From the IMG/VR virus record IMGVR_UViG_3300032397_000005, positions 41,444 through 105,443 of that record: 64,000 bases of DNA. The stretch is one strand, 5' to 3'. The notes beneath the pieces are model-generated. The model ran no database searches. It was not told the origin of the DNA and saw only the letters and a program-made list of their open reading frames with translations. The DNA is from a virus. A program made the position numbers and the translations under genes. Positions within the stretch are counted from its first letter, which is position 1; each line of letters starts with the position of its first letter. Shown here one piece after another: positions 52,401 to 62,416 of the stretch.

Positions 52401-54944
52401 GTGAGGAAGTTCGGACTCGCCGCCATCCTGGAGTTCATTGACAAGGGCGCCACCGCGGGGATGGGTCGCGTGGGCCGAGCGGCAATGGCGCTGAAGGCCA
52501 ACCTCCGGGGTCTCCAGTCCGGCGTCGGGATGATGGGGAGCGGACTCCAGTCCGTGGCGATGGCCTCCATCCCGGTTGGCGGCGCCTTCGCCGTGATGGT
52601 CAAGGACGGGATGAAGTTCGAGCAGTCGATCGCCAACCTGAAGGCGGTCACGCTCGACACGACCGGGGCCTCGACGGAGGCGCTCCGACAACTGGCCAAG
52701 ACCCTCGGCGCAACCACCAAGTTCACCGCGTACCAGGCGGCGGACGCCATGACCACGCTGGCACGCGCCGGTCTGAGCGTTGATGAGATCATGAAGGCAA
52801 TTCCGGGGACGCTGAACGCGGCGGCCGCGGAGGGGATCGACATGGCCACTGCGGCGGACCTGGTGGCCTCCAACATGCGGGCGTTTGGGTTGAGTGCGGA
52901 TGAGGCGGGGTCGATTGCCGGCACGTTGGCCCTTGTCTCCGCTCGAACAAACACCAACATGCTGTCGCTCCAGGAGGGGTTGAAGTTCGCCGCTCCGGCG
53001 GCGCACATCCTGGGCTGGAACCTGAAGGAGACCGCGCTTGCCCTGGGCATGCTGGGGGACATCGGGATCAAGGGGACCCTGGGTGGGACCGCGCTGCGTC
53101 AGGCGATGGTGCGTCTGACGAAGCCAACGAAGGAGACCATTAAGGTATTTGGGGGTCGGGATGGTCTGAACAAGATCCTGATGAACACGGATGGAACCAT
53201 CCGCCCGCTGTCAGACGTGATGATGGACTTCGTCTCCCTCATCCAGAAGCAGCCAAACGTGGTGAAGAAGGCGGAGATCGCCACCAAGATCTTCGGCGTT
53301 CGGGCGCAGTCCCTTGGTGGGGCGTTCACGTTCACGAAGGAGCGCATGGAGGCGTTTCGCGCTAAGCAGGCGGAGCTCCGGAAGGAGACCGGGCAGACCG
53401 CGGAGACAATGCGGGACATCCAGATTCAGACATTCTCCGGTCAGTGGCTCATCCTGCGGTCCTCGATTGAGGGCGTGAACATCGAACTCTTCAGCCTGTT
53501 TGCGGGGTTTACGGGGAAGGGGATGATTGCGGCGTCCGACGCTCTCAATGACTTGAGTATTGCGCTCCGCGTGGTCCGCGGGGAGGTCATCGTTGATCCC
53601 AAGTCACTTCAACTCCTGGGGAAGATGCCGCTGGTGATGCTGGAGGTGGCCTCCGGGATCATCCAGGGGTTCGAGGCGGCGAAGCGGACCATCTTAGAGG
53701 TCATCGACTCGCTCGGTTCACTTGGGCGTTGGTTTGGTTCCACCGGGAACAAGAGCGTGGCGGAGACCACGAAGATGATCACGAAGTTTGTGATCCTCCT
53801 GGCGGCCATCGGGCCCGTCACCCTGGCGCTCTTCATTGTCACGAGTCTGGTGGGCGGACTGGTCAAGATGTTCTGGGGCGCGGCGAAGGTGGTGATTTCC
53901 CTGGTCCCGCTCCTTGGGAACCTGGGCAAGGCGTTCATCGGACTCCGGTGGGCCATCCTGGGACCTCTTGGGGTGCTGGCGTACCTGGTCTACAAGTGCG
54001 TTGACTTCGGGGCCATCTGGGAGGGGATCAAGAGCACGCTATCGGAGTACGGAGTCATCGACGAGTTCTGGAAGCAACTCAAGGGACTGGGGGATGAGTT
54101 CGGGAATCTCCTGGCCGCGATGTTCAACGTTCAGGGGAGCGCGGAGGGCTGGCGGGAGTTCGGGGTGGCGGTGGGGGAGGTCCTGAGTCGCCTCCTCTGG
54201 CTCATCACGAAGATCATCGAGGGTTACCGGGAGCTGTTTGCCCTCATCAACGAGTTCCGGCGGGAGGGGTTGGGGGGCGTTGGGGGTGCCATCTCTCAGA
54301 CGTTTGGGGGCAAGGGGTTCCACCAGGGAGCTCCGCTCGATAAGACCGCGATGGCGACGGAGAACGCGGCGCGGCTCGCCACCCAGATGGCGGACCTTGC
54401 GCAGCGGGGGGTCAAGACGGTTGGGGCCGGGGGTCCGGCGCTCACGCAGGAGTACGCAACGGGGCGGCTCCTGGCCTTCCTCAAGACGCAGAATCTGACC
54501 CAGCCCCAGATTGCGGACATCCTGACCAGGTTGAACGCCACGCTCTCCAAGATCCCATCCTCCGCCACGTCCACCCCGGTCAAGCCGGCGGTGGCGAAGG
54601 ACGCCCTGGTGAACGCCGGCGGGATCATGGGGGTCTCCGCGGGGGACATCATCCTGAACCGGGCGGCGCTGGCCTCCGCGGTTACCTCCCAGATGGGGGG
54701 CGGTTTGCTGGGACGGGCGGGCGGCGGGGAGCTTGGCGGCGGGGATCCCGGGCGCACCAGCCCGGCGCCGGCGGCAGCGGGCGGGGGGACCATCCGGATC
54801 GAGGTTCCCCTCACCGTGGACGGGCGGCAGCTGGCGATGGCCGTGGCGGAGATCCAGCTGGATAAACTGGAGCGCAGCGGGCGCGTCAGACCGGGGGACC
54901 GATCCTCCATGCTCTCCGGTCGGTTTGTAGGAGGTTCTAGATGA
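52401..54944 (+). CDS. tape measure protein (TP901 family)
   Basis: LGATTKFTAYQAADAM..LARAG, IPGTLNAAAA, GIKGTLGGTALR. Confidence 0.93.
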   Translation: MRKFGLAAILEFIDKGATAGMGRVGRAAMALKANLRGLQSGVGMMGSGLQSVAMASIPVGGAFAVMVKDGMKFEQSIANLKAVTLDTTGASTEALRQLAKTLGATTKFTAYQAADAMTTLARAGLSVDEIMKAIPGTLNAAAAEGIDMATAADLVASNMRAFGLSADEAGSIAGTLALVSARTNTNMLSLQEGLKFAAPAAHILGWNLKETALALGMLGDIGIKGTLGGTALRQAMVRLTKPTKETIKVFGGRDGLNKILMNTDGTIRPLSDVMMDFVSLIQKQPNVVKKAEIATKIFGVRAQSLGGAFTFTKERMEAFRAKQAELRKETGQTAETMRDIQIQTFSGQWLILRSSIEGVNIELFSLFAGFTGKGMIAASDALNDLSIALRVVRGEVIVDPKSLQLLGKMPLVMLEVASGIIQGFEAAKRTILEVIDSLGSLGRWFGSTGNKSVAETTKMITKFVILLAAIGPVTLALFIVTSLVGGLVKMFWGAAKVVISLVPLLGNLGKAFIGLRWAILGPLGVLAYLVYKCVDFGAIWEGIKSTLSEYGVIDEFWKQLKGLGDEFGNLLAAMFNVQGSAEGWREFGVAVGEVLSRLLWLITKIIEGYRELFALINEFRREGLGGVGGAISQTFGGKGFHQGAPLDKTAMATENAARLATQMADLAQRGVKTVGAGGPALTQEYATGRLLAFLKTQNLTQPQIADILTRLNATLSKIPSSATSTPVKPAVAKDALVNAGGIMGVSAGDIILNRAALASAVTSQMGGGLLGRAGGGELGGGDPGRTSPAPAAAGGGTIRIEVPLTVDGRQLAMAVAEIQLDKLERSGRVRPGDRSSMLSGRFVGGSR

Positions 54945-55768
54945 GCGCTGGAATTGGCGAGGCGGGCCCAAGCAACAAACTCTGGGTCATCACGGATCAC
55001 GATCGAACGGAGGACATCGTCGGTCAGTTCATCCCCCAGGACATGACCAAGACGGTCTCCGCGCGGATCGAGGCGGGGGAGTCCGTTAACCGGGATTACC
55101 CCATCCTCCAGTGGATCTGCGGGGAGGTGGAGGAGGTCACGTTCAAGGCCAAGCTCTGGGCCACGGACTGCATGGACACAACCGTGGAGGAGCGGCTGGC
55201 GCGGCTTGAGGGTCTGGTTCGGAGGAACTCCGACCTCAAGCGACCCCCCATCTGCGGCTTCTGCTGGGGGTCCCTCGGGACGCTCCAGATGATGGACTGT
55301 CTGGTCAAGAGCATCGGCGGGGTGGTCTACGACGAGGTACGGGAGGACGGGTCCTTCCGGGGGGCCTCCCTCCAGATCACCCTCCTCCGCTACGAGGCGC
55401 CGGACTGGACGGTCACGGATCCGACCACGCCGGAGAAGATGACGAGGATCCGGCGGGCCAAGCGGGGGGACACCTACGAGTCGATCGCGCGGGCGGAGTA
55501 CGGCAACGCGCTCCTGGGGGTCCTCCTCCGGCAACTGAACCCGCGGACGCTTGGGATGCCGCTAGCCACCCTCCGCGTGGGGGACGGGGTCCACATCTAC
55601 CCGGAGGAGTACCTGTACGCGATGGCGGTTCAGCCCCAGTTCCACGGGTTCCGATCCGGACCCGGGAACGAGAGGGCGGAGGAGAACCGGCGGCGGCTCC
55701 TGGTGCTTCGGAACAAGGATCGGTTCGTGTCCTTCTTCGCGGACACCGCGGACGAGGAGTTCATGTGA
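54941..55768 (+). CDS. tail tube initiator with LysM domain
   Basis: PILQWICGE, RPPICGFCWG, KRGDTYESIARAEYGN. Confidence 0.8.
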   Translation: MSAGIGEAGPSNKLWVITDHDRTEDIVGQFIPQDMTKTVSARIEAGESVNRDYPILQWICGEVEEVTFKAKLWATDCMDTTVEERLARLEGLVRRNSDLKRPPICGFCWGSLGTLQMMDCLVKSIGGVVYDEVREDGSFRGASLQITLLRYEAPDWTVTDPTTPEKMTRIRRAKRGDTYESIARAEYGNALLGVLLRQLNPRTLGMPLATLRVGDGVHIYPEEYLYAMAVQPQFHGFRSGPGNERAEENRRRLLVLRNKDRFVSFFADTADEEFM

Positions 55769-56085
55769 GCGCGCGCGTCTTCTACCTGGTCCGGATCGAG
55801 GACGAGACCGGGACCTCCGGAATCGGGATCGTAGCGGAGGGGGTCCTCTGGAGCGGCGGGGACGTCTCCGTTCGCTGGCGTGGGGAGTCGCCGTGCATCC
55901 ACTACTGGCCCGGGGGAATCGAGGACGTCAAGCGGATCCACGGTCACCGGGGGAAGACCAAGGTGGTCTGGGCCGAGGACCAGGAGACCTCACCTGACGT
56001 CACTGCAGCCCCGCAGGGGCCTGTTCACGGCGCACCCGGTACTTCCGGACCGGCCTCCGGTAACGGGGCCGTGGAGGGTGGCTGA
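55765..56085 (+). CDS. small conserved hypothetical protein
   Basis: FYLVRIEDETGTSGIGIVAEGV..VRW..IHGH.GKTKVVW. Confidence 0.7.
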   Translation: MSARVFYLVRIEDETGTSGIGIVAEGVLWSGGDVSVRWRGESPCIHYWPGGIEDVKRIHGHRGKTKVVWAEDQETSPDVTAAPQGPVHGAPGTSGPASGNGAVEGG

Positions 56086-57278
56086 TGGGCTCCACGGACA
56101 TGCTTGCCCCGCGGTACTCTATTGTGGTGGAGGGTACGAAACTGAAGGAGGACGTGACCTCCTACATCTCCTCCGTGGAGTACGAGGAGGAGGAGAACGC
56201 GTCCTCCAAGATCACGCTGGAGGTCCTCAACCACGACCTCCGCTTCCTTGATGAGCGGATCTTTGCGGAGGGGAACACGGTGGACCTGTGGATGGGGTAC
56301 GTGGGGAAGTCCCTGCACTACATGAACCGCGGGATCATCGTCAAGCCGGACCCACGGTTTCCGCGGGCCGGCATCCCGCGGATGACCATCACGACCAACG
56401 ACCTCTCGACTAACCTGATGACGGTGGGGGAGAAGGATAAGGGGAAGTGCTACTCGAAGATGACGGACTCCGCCATCGTCCGCAAGATCTTCGCGGAGGA
56501 GGGGATCAACCCGTTCACCTTCGGGACGCACGCGCTCGTGACGCGCGTCCGGAAGAAGGGCAAGTCTCGCTGGGATTTTCTCCGGGAGCTGGCGCGTATC
56601 CACAACTTCGTCATCTGGGTCCGCTACGACATGGAGCAGGGGATGACGCTCGGGTACTTCGGACCTCCGGACGTGGAGGATCAGCCCGTGAAGCACAAGT
56701 TCATCTGGGGGACGGGGGAGGCGGACGCCACGCTCCTCGAGTTCGATCCCAAGATGAGCCTACCGTCCCAGAGCACCACCGTGGAGGTGTCCTACACGGA
56801 CCCCAAGACCCGCAAGTCCTACCGCGTCAAGTGTGAGGTGAAGAAGAAGACGGCGGAGAAAGCGCGGTTCACGGCGGCGGCCGGGCGGGAGAAGCTCAAG
56901 CAAAGGATCAAGAACGGGCCAATGGTGACCATCACCTGCTTTGGGCAGCGGGAGGAGGTGGTTGCGGATCGGAAGTTCTCCTCACCGGCGGATGCCAAGC
57001 GGTTTGCGGCGGCCTGGTTTGCCTCCAGGCAGAAGGACTTTCTGTTCGGGCGCGGGGTCATCGTGGGGTCCCCGGACGTCCGACTCGGGCACGTTCACGA
57101 GCTGAAGGGGGTCGGTCCGCGGCTCTCCGGGGACTGGATCATGACCAACGTCTCCCACAAGATGAGCGGGGCGTCAATCTACGAGACGGAGTTCTCCGCC
57201 ACGAAGAAGGCGCTGGAGTCCGTGGTTGGAGCTCCGGACAGTGTGTCCGGAGTTGAATCCGAGGAGTCCGAGCAGTGA
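56085..57278 (+). CDS. baseplate hub (late control D/gp27-like)
   Basis: P.YSIVVEG, VDLWMGY, SRWDFLRELA, G.PDVRLG..LKGVGPRLSGDW..V.H. Confidence 0.88.
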   Translation: MGSTDMLAPRYSIVVEGTKLKEDVTSYISSVEYEEEENASSKITLEVLNHDLRFLDERIFAEGNTVDLWMGYVGKSLHYMNRGIIVKPDPRFPRAGIPRMTITTNDLSTNLMTVGEKDKGKCYSKMTDSAIVRKIFAEEGINPFTFGTHALVTRVRKKGKSRWDFLRELARIHNFVIWVRYDMEQGMTLGYFGPPDVEDQPVKHKFIWGTGEADATLLEFDPKMSLPSQSTTVEVSYTDPKTRKSYRVKCEVKKKTAEKARFTAAAGREKLKQRIKNGPMVTITCFGQREEVVADRKFSSPADAKRFAAAWFASRQKDFLFGRGVIVGSPDVRLGHVHELKGVGPRLSGDWIMTNVSHKMSGASIYETEFSATKKALESVVGAPDSVSGVESEESEQ

Positions 57279-57934
57279 GGCCGGAGAAGCACTTCGGGAC
57301 GGTTCGGGAGAACGCGGACCCGGAGAAGACGGGCGCGCTGAAGGTCGAGGTGCGGACCGTCATGGAGGGGATGCCAATCCAGGACGACTGGATCCCGGGC
57401 AAGTTCCCGTTTGCCGGCAAGGGGGAGGGTTTCTACTACGTCCCACCGGTTGGGTCCCTCGTTGAGGTGGAGGTGGAGGCGGACTCAGAGGCGGCCGTGG
57501 AGGACCTGGACGCTCGGTGGTCCTCCGCCAGGTACACCAGGTCGGACTCGATCCCGGAGGAGTTTCAGAGCGCAGCCACCTCTCGCGGGGGGATCAAGTA
57601 CGGCAAGGAGGTGTTCCTGCAGGACAAGGAGAAGGCGCTCACCGCCCTCATCTCCGGAAAGGTCCGGCTGGGGGAGGAGAACTGCGCGCACCCGCTGGTG
57701 CGGGGGGACACGTTCAACGAGAAGCTCTCCACCTACCTGACCGCGTGCAAGTCGGTTGCGGACAAGAACGTGGCGCAGTTCACCGCCCTGTCCACTGCGG
57801 CCGTGGGGCCGTTGGCTCCGCTGAAGGCGGCCTTCGACCTCCTGGTGACGGCGTGGACGGAGCACTCCGCGGCCGTTGTGACCTTCAAGGCGGAACTAGA
57901 CACCTGGTTGTCCACGAAGTGCAGGACGGAGTGA
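57275..57934 (+). CDS. baseplate spike (gpV/gp5-like OB fold)
   Basis: GTVRENADPEKTGALKVEV, GFYYVPPVGSLVEV, PLVRGD. Confidence 0.82.
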   Translation: MRPEKHFGTVRENADPEKTGALKVEVRTVMEGMPIQDDWIPGKFPFAGKGEGFYYVPPVGSLVEVEVEADSEAAVEDLDARWSSARYTRSDSIPEEFQSAATSRGGIKYGKEVFLQDKEKALTALISGKVRLGEENCAHPLVRGDTFNEKLSTYLTACKSVADKNVAQFTALSTAAVGPLAPLKAAFDLLVTAWTEHSAAVVTFKAELDTWLSTKCRTE

Positions 57935-57938
57935 ACGC

Positions 57939-58361
57939 ATGGCTAGGGGTTTTATGATTCCAATGCGGACAAACGCGCGCGGCGGGGCTCAGTTGATCCA
58001 GGGCACCCCGTACACGGAGCAGACCATCAAGGTGGGTCTGACATCCAACGTCTCCCGCAACCCGTTCCAGGAGGGCGGCGGGGTGGACGTTGGAATTTCC
58101 GAGCAGCTCATCTTTGCGGTGAACGCGCCGGCGGCGGGCGCGCGGGCGCGGCGGGAGGTCACCCGGTTCTTCACGCGCCTCCGGACCGCGGACATCGCCA
58201 AGCTGTCCTCAGAGGACGGGATCCGCATCACGCAGGAGGCGGAGGAACTGGTGGCCAGGGTCAAGTACATCGACCTCGAGGCGGACGAGCCGGGGGAGGT
58301 CGAGTCAAACTTCAAGGACGCCCTCCGGTCGTCCCCAAGGGTCAACTACTCCGGGAAGTGA
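57939..58361 (+). CDS. baseplate wedge protein (gp25/GPW-like)
   Basis: Size and position between spike and J-like genes. Confidence 0.65.
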   Translation: MARGFMIPMRTNARGGAQLIQGTPYTEQTIKVGLTSNVSRNPFQEGGGVDVGISEQLIFAVNAPAAGARARREVTRFFTRLRTADIAKLSSEDGIRITQEAEELVARVKYIDLEADEPGEVESNFKDALRSSPRVNYSGK

Positions 58362-58364
58362 GAC

Positions 58365-60803
58365 ATGGGAAGCACGAAGGTTGTCGTCCCAGACTACGAG
58401 TTCTCAGGCTTCTACTACGCGGACTTTCTCCGACGGATCCGCATGTACAACCGGGTGAACGCCCCGGAGATCACGTCCGAGGTGGCGGAGGAACCGTTCA
58501 TCCAGGGGGAGCGCGCCTTCTCCCTGGTTGGGCACTACAATAACGTACTCCTGGACCTAGCGGCGCAGGAGAACCTCCTACCAACGGCGCGGCTTGCGGA
58601 CAGCGTCCGGATGCTCCTGCAGCTCATCGACTACCAGATGAGAGACTACTCCCCTGCGGTGGCGGAGCTCCTCCTCGAGCTGGCGCAGGTCCCAACGTCA
58701 TCCGTCCTCCTCCTGGAGGCCATCTCCGCGTTCGAGACGCACCGGACGGAGGAGTCAGATCCCATCTCCTTCGAGGTCCTGGACGAGATGTACGTCGGAC
58801 CGGCAAACGTCATCGACGCCGCGTTCGCCCTGATCCTGGATCGATCCGGAACGGACGGGAAGACGATCTTCGGGGACCCAACCGTGTTCGAGTCCGTCTC
58901 CATGGCGGTTGCCGCGGGGGATCTGAACAAGGAGGTCGAGGTCGGGAACTCCATCCTGGGGAACGTGGGGACCTTCGTCATCTCGGAGGTTGTCCAGACC
59001 GGTGGCGTCTCCCGCGTCCGCCTGGCCGGAACGCTTGGTGGTCCGGACCCGCTGTTCATCCCGGAGGAGGACCTCACGTGGAAGATCCGGTCGTTCTCCG
59101 CCAACGGGGCCTCGTCCGTGAATACCGCGGGCGCACCGTACCTCACGCCGTGGGCGACGGTTCACGTTGGGGACAAGCTGTACGTTGGGAGCAGGTGGGT
59201 GATGTGGGACGTCCTCAGCGTCGCGCTCCAGACGGCGGCCACTGGGACCGTTGGCATCTGGGAGTATTACGACGCGGACAACCTGGATGAGACGCCGGAC
59301 TCCGTGTACAACGACGGGTCCTCTCTCATCCTGAACCTCCTGACCCTCCTGGGTCCGTTGGACCGGAGTGGCGCGCTGGTTCGCGTGACGTACCTCCCAA
59401 CGATGACCTCGGAGCTCCTGGCCTCCTCGTTTGGGTCCGGGAGCAACACGGTCGAGACCTCCGCTTTCCTCGGTCAGACCGGGACGCCGTCCACGGATCC
59501 GGCGGACTACGCGGTTGGGACGGACTGGAACCCGCTCCCGAACCTGGAGGACGGGACCGCGGAGTTCACGGTGGACGGGGACGTGGAGTTCAGCCTCCCG
59601 CAGACGCTGCGGGAGAACTGGCAGAAGGTGACCGTGGCCGGGGTGGAGGGGTTCTTCCTCCGGTTCCGCGTCATCACCGCGGGGACGTCCCCGATCCTGG
59701 ACCGCGTGCGGATAGACGGCGGGAAGCAATACGCCCTTGCGCTCGCGGTTCAGGGGGAGACGGTGCGGACGGAGCCGCTCCAGAGCAGCAGCGCGCAGGC
59801 AAACCAGTGGTTCGACCTGGCCTCAAGCCCCGCCCTCCGGGATACCGTCCGATGCTTTATTGACGACGGCGGGGAGGTGGAGTGGACCAACCTAACCGCG
59901 GTTGGTCTGAAGCTCCTCAGCGTGGGACCAAAGGACACCTGCTTCACCGTGGATCAGGATGCCCTGGGGGTCCTGACCGTCAAGTTCGGGGACGGAACGC
60001 ACGGGAAGATACCGGCGTTGGGGACGGACAACGTTCGTTTCGTCTACCGCGTGAACGCCACGGTGGACGGGAACGTGGGGGCCAACTCCGTCGTTGTCAA
60101 CTCCGGCGGGGCGGCGGGGGCCTCCAGCGTGACCAACCCGCGGCCGGCGAGCGGGTGGCAGGAGGCGGACGGCGCCTCGGAGGAGTCCCTGGCGACGGTC
60201 AAGGAGCTTGGGCCGGCCTCCCTCCGCGCCATGGGGAAGGCGACGGCGCCGGAGGACTACGAGACCCTGGCGCTCCGGTTTGTCAACTCCCGGGGATCCC
60301 GCCCGGTGGTCCGCGCCAAGGCGGTTGAGGAGGGCTACGGACCGAAGACCATCAAGTTGGTCGTGGTGGGGACGAACGGCGTGGCCATCTCCGCCACGGA
60401 CAAGGCGGAGTTGGAGGAGATGTTCAACGGGGACCCGTTGACCGGATCCGGGGGAGTTGGTCAGGCAAACACCAAGACCACGGTGGACAACTTCAGTCCG
60501 CGGCTCATTGGACCAACGCTGGTCGTCGAGGCGAACGCGGCGCTGACCGTCAAGCTGGTCAAGACGCGCCTGACGACGTTCCTCAACCCAACGTCCAAGG
60601 AGTCCGACGGGCGGTGGGTGTGGCGCTTCGGTGGGCGGGTTCCGCTCTCACGGATCATCTCCGAGATCTTCCAGATCAGCCCGGGCAACGTCTTCGACGC
60701 GGACGTCTCCCTCCCGCAGTACGACCTGGAGCTGGCGGAGGACGAGCTGCCGTTCCCGGACACCGCGGCCTTCAACGTCTCGATCGTGACCCCCGTGAAG
60801 TGA
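58365..60803 (+). CDS. baseplate J-like wedge protein
   Basis: ENLLPTARL, VKFGDGTHGKIP, VTNP.PASG..AD, KATAPEDYETLA, WRFGGRV. Confidence 0.9.
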   Translation: MGSTKVVVPDYEFSGFYYADFLRRIRMYNRVNAPEITSEVAEEPFIQGERAFSLVGHYNNVLLDLAAQENLLPTARLADSVRMLLQLIDYQMRDYSPAVAELLLELAQVPTSSVLLLEAISAFETHRTEESDPISFEVLDEMYVGPANVIDAAFALILDRSGTDGKTIFGDPTVFESVSMAVAAGDLNKEVEVGNSILGNVGTFVISEVVQTGGVSRVRLAGTLGGPDPLFIPEEDLTWKIRSFSANGASSVNTAGAPYLTPWATVHVGDKLYVGSRWVMWDVLSVALQTAATGTVGIWEYYDADNLDETPDSVYNDGSSLILNLLTLLGPLDRSGALVRVTYLPTMTSELLASSFGSGSNTVETSAFLGQTGTPSTDPADYAVGTDWNPLPNLEDGTAEFTVDGDVEFSLPQTLRENWQKVTVAGVEGFFLRFRVITAGTSPILDRVRIDGGKQYALALAVQGETVRTEPLQSSSAQANQWFDLASSPALRDTVRCFIDDGGEVEWTNLTAVGLKLLSVGPKDTCFTVDQDALGVLTVKFGDGTHGKIPALGTDNVRFVYRVNATVDGNVGANSVVVNSGGAAGASSVTNPRPASGWQEADGASEESLATVKELGPASLRAMGKATAPEDYETLALRFVNSRGSRPVVRAKAVEEGYGPKTIKLVVVGTNGVAISATDKAELEEMFNGDPLTGSGGVGQANTKTTVDNFSPRLIGPTLVVEANAALTVKLVKTRLTTFLNPTSKESDGRWVWRFGGRVPLSRIISEIFQISPGNVFDADVSLPQYDLELAEDELPFPDTAAFNVSIVTPVK

Positions 60804-60814
60804 CAGGATAGAAC

Positions 60815-62398
60815 ATGGCCAAACCAGTGGTTACCTGCAACGTTGACGTTGTTCTAGAGCACTCCGCCAGTCCGCAGACCGTTGCACTTGGTGCAACTGC
60901 GTCTGGGTTCCCAACGTCTTGGCTCTGGACCATGCTCTACGTTCCTCTCGGGTCCACCGCAAACGTAGGTGCGAAGGGGAGCTTCACGGACGGTGCGTCC
61001 ACTGCGCAGAATCCGTCCATGATCGCGGATGCAAACGTGGACGGTGGGTACACGCTCCAGTGTGTGGCCACGAACGGGGACGGGGACTCCGATCCACTCC
61101 TGGATCGCTGCGGCGGGCAGCAGGCCGTGATCGTGAGGACGGAGCACCAGCGGCTGACCCTCCCGGGGGACTTCCTCTACGACTGGGGAGAGAAGTACAT
61201 CAACCCCACGCTGCGGACCCTGGAGGGCGCCACGGACATCTCCGGGACGGCGGAGAAGGTGACTCCGGTTGCGGCGGACCTCCTGCTCATCGAGGACAGC
61301 GCGGATGGGAACGCCAAGAAGCGGATCCAGGTGGGGAGCATTGCCTCCGGGGTGGACGCGACCGCGATCCATAAGGCGACAGCGGGGGAGTTTGCGGCGC
61401 TGACGGAGAAGGTGACCCCGATTGCGGCGGACCTCCTCCTGATCGAGGACAGCGCGGCCGGGAACGTCAAGCGAAAGGTGCAGGTTGGGAGCTTGGTTCC
61501 AACGGAGAACGTGAAGTTGGGTAAGAACGTCCTCCACGTGGACGGTGCTAGGGTCGATTCCTACACGGCAGACGGTACACTGGCTCGCCCGTACAAGACC
61601 ATCGGCGCAGCGATGGCCGCAGCATCAGGTACATCCTTAACCCACATCGAGGTGGCCAAGGGTGTGTATACCGAGAACGTGGTGTTCAAGGACTACACCC
61701 ACGTGTCCGGCCCAGCCCACGGCCCGGTAGGTTACACAACGTGCAACATCCTAGGCACGGTGAGCTTCCCAGTAGGTGTTGCCAACTGGTCATCACTCCA
61801 CTGGATGTTTGTCTCTGGGTGGGGCGCAGCGCCTTCCATTTCGCTCGTTGGTTACGCTGGAATATACCACTGTAGCGTTGGTGGTTCGGATCGTGGGGTT
61901 GTGGCTGACGCATGTGGGTACTTTGAGATTGGGGATACCTTCATTTCTGTCCCACTGCATGCCCTGCACCTAAAGAATACTTCCTACGGTGAACTGTATG
62001 GGGACGTTCACCTGGACGGCGGCACTGGCGCGAACAAGGATCTCCTCATCGAGACCGGCAGTGAGTTGTTCGGGGTTCTTTGCCATATCAACTTCGCCCA
62101 CGGCAACGTCACATGCACCGGTCCTCTCACCCTTGATCACTCTCCCTCTGAGCGGGAGCAGGAGTTTACCGCTTCTGGCGGAGACCAGACGTTCACCCTA
62201 GCCAAGAACGTGGCGGCCAACCCAAACCTGCCCGCTGGATACGCGATCCTTGGCGTCTGGAGGAACGGAGGGAGACTTCGGTATATGGCAACTCCGACGA
62301 CCAACGCGCACTACGGGTTCACAACGCCGACCAGTGTTGTGTGCAAGGATCTGACGGCGAGTGACATCATCGCCGTTCAGTACGGCACGCGTTATTAG
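60815..62398 (+). CDS. tail fibre/spike protein with a beta-helix-like (DUF1565-type) region
   Basis: 2x EKVTP.AADLLLIEDSA repeats; DGTLARPYKTIGAA..IEVAKGVYTENV. Confidence 0.75.
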   Translation: MAKPVVTCNVDVVLEHSASPQTVALGATASGFPTSWLWTMLYVPLGSTANVGAKGSFTDGASTAQNPSMIADANVDGGYTLQCVATNGDGDSDPLLDRCGGQQAVIVRTEHQRLTLPGDFLYDWGEKYINPTLRTLEGATDISGTAEKVTPVAADLLLIEDSADGNAKKRIQVGSIASGVDATAIHKATAGEFAALTEKVTPIAADLLLIEDSAAGNVKRKVQVGSLVPTENVKLGKNVLHVDGARVDSYTADGTLARPYKTIGAAMAAASGTSLTHIEVAKGVYTENVVFKDYTHVSGPAHGPVGYTTCNILGTVSFPVGVANWSSLHWMFVSGWGAAPSISLVGYAGIYHCSVGGSDRGVVADACGYFEIGDTFISVPLHALHLKNTSYGELYGDVHLDGGTGANKDLLIETGSELFGVLCHINFAHGNVTCTGPLTLDHSPSEREQEFTASGGDQTFTLAKNVAANPNLPAGYAILGVWRNGGRLRYMATPTTNAHYGFTTPTSVVCKDLTASDIIAVQYGTRY

Positions 62399-62416
62399 GT
62401 TTGTTGGTAACTGCAA

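Noticed and set aside
22613-59729. Long minus-strand ORFs (e.g. 22613-23965, 34021-35346, 37499-38944, 46260-47630, 51632-53071)
   Set aside because: Antisense shadows of high-GC3 plus-strand genes, with no recognisable motifs.
46263-60803. Stand-alone contractile injection system or tailocin
   Set aside because: Terminase, portal, capsid and nucleotide-metabolism genes are present, so this is a phage.
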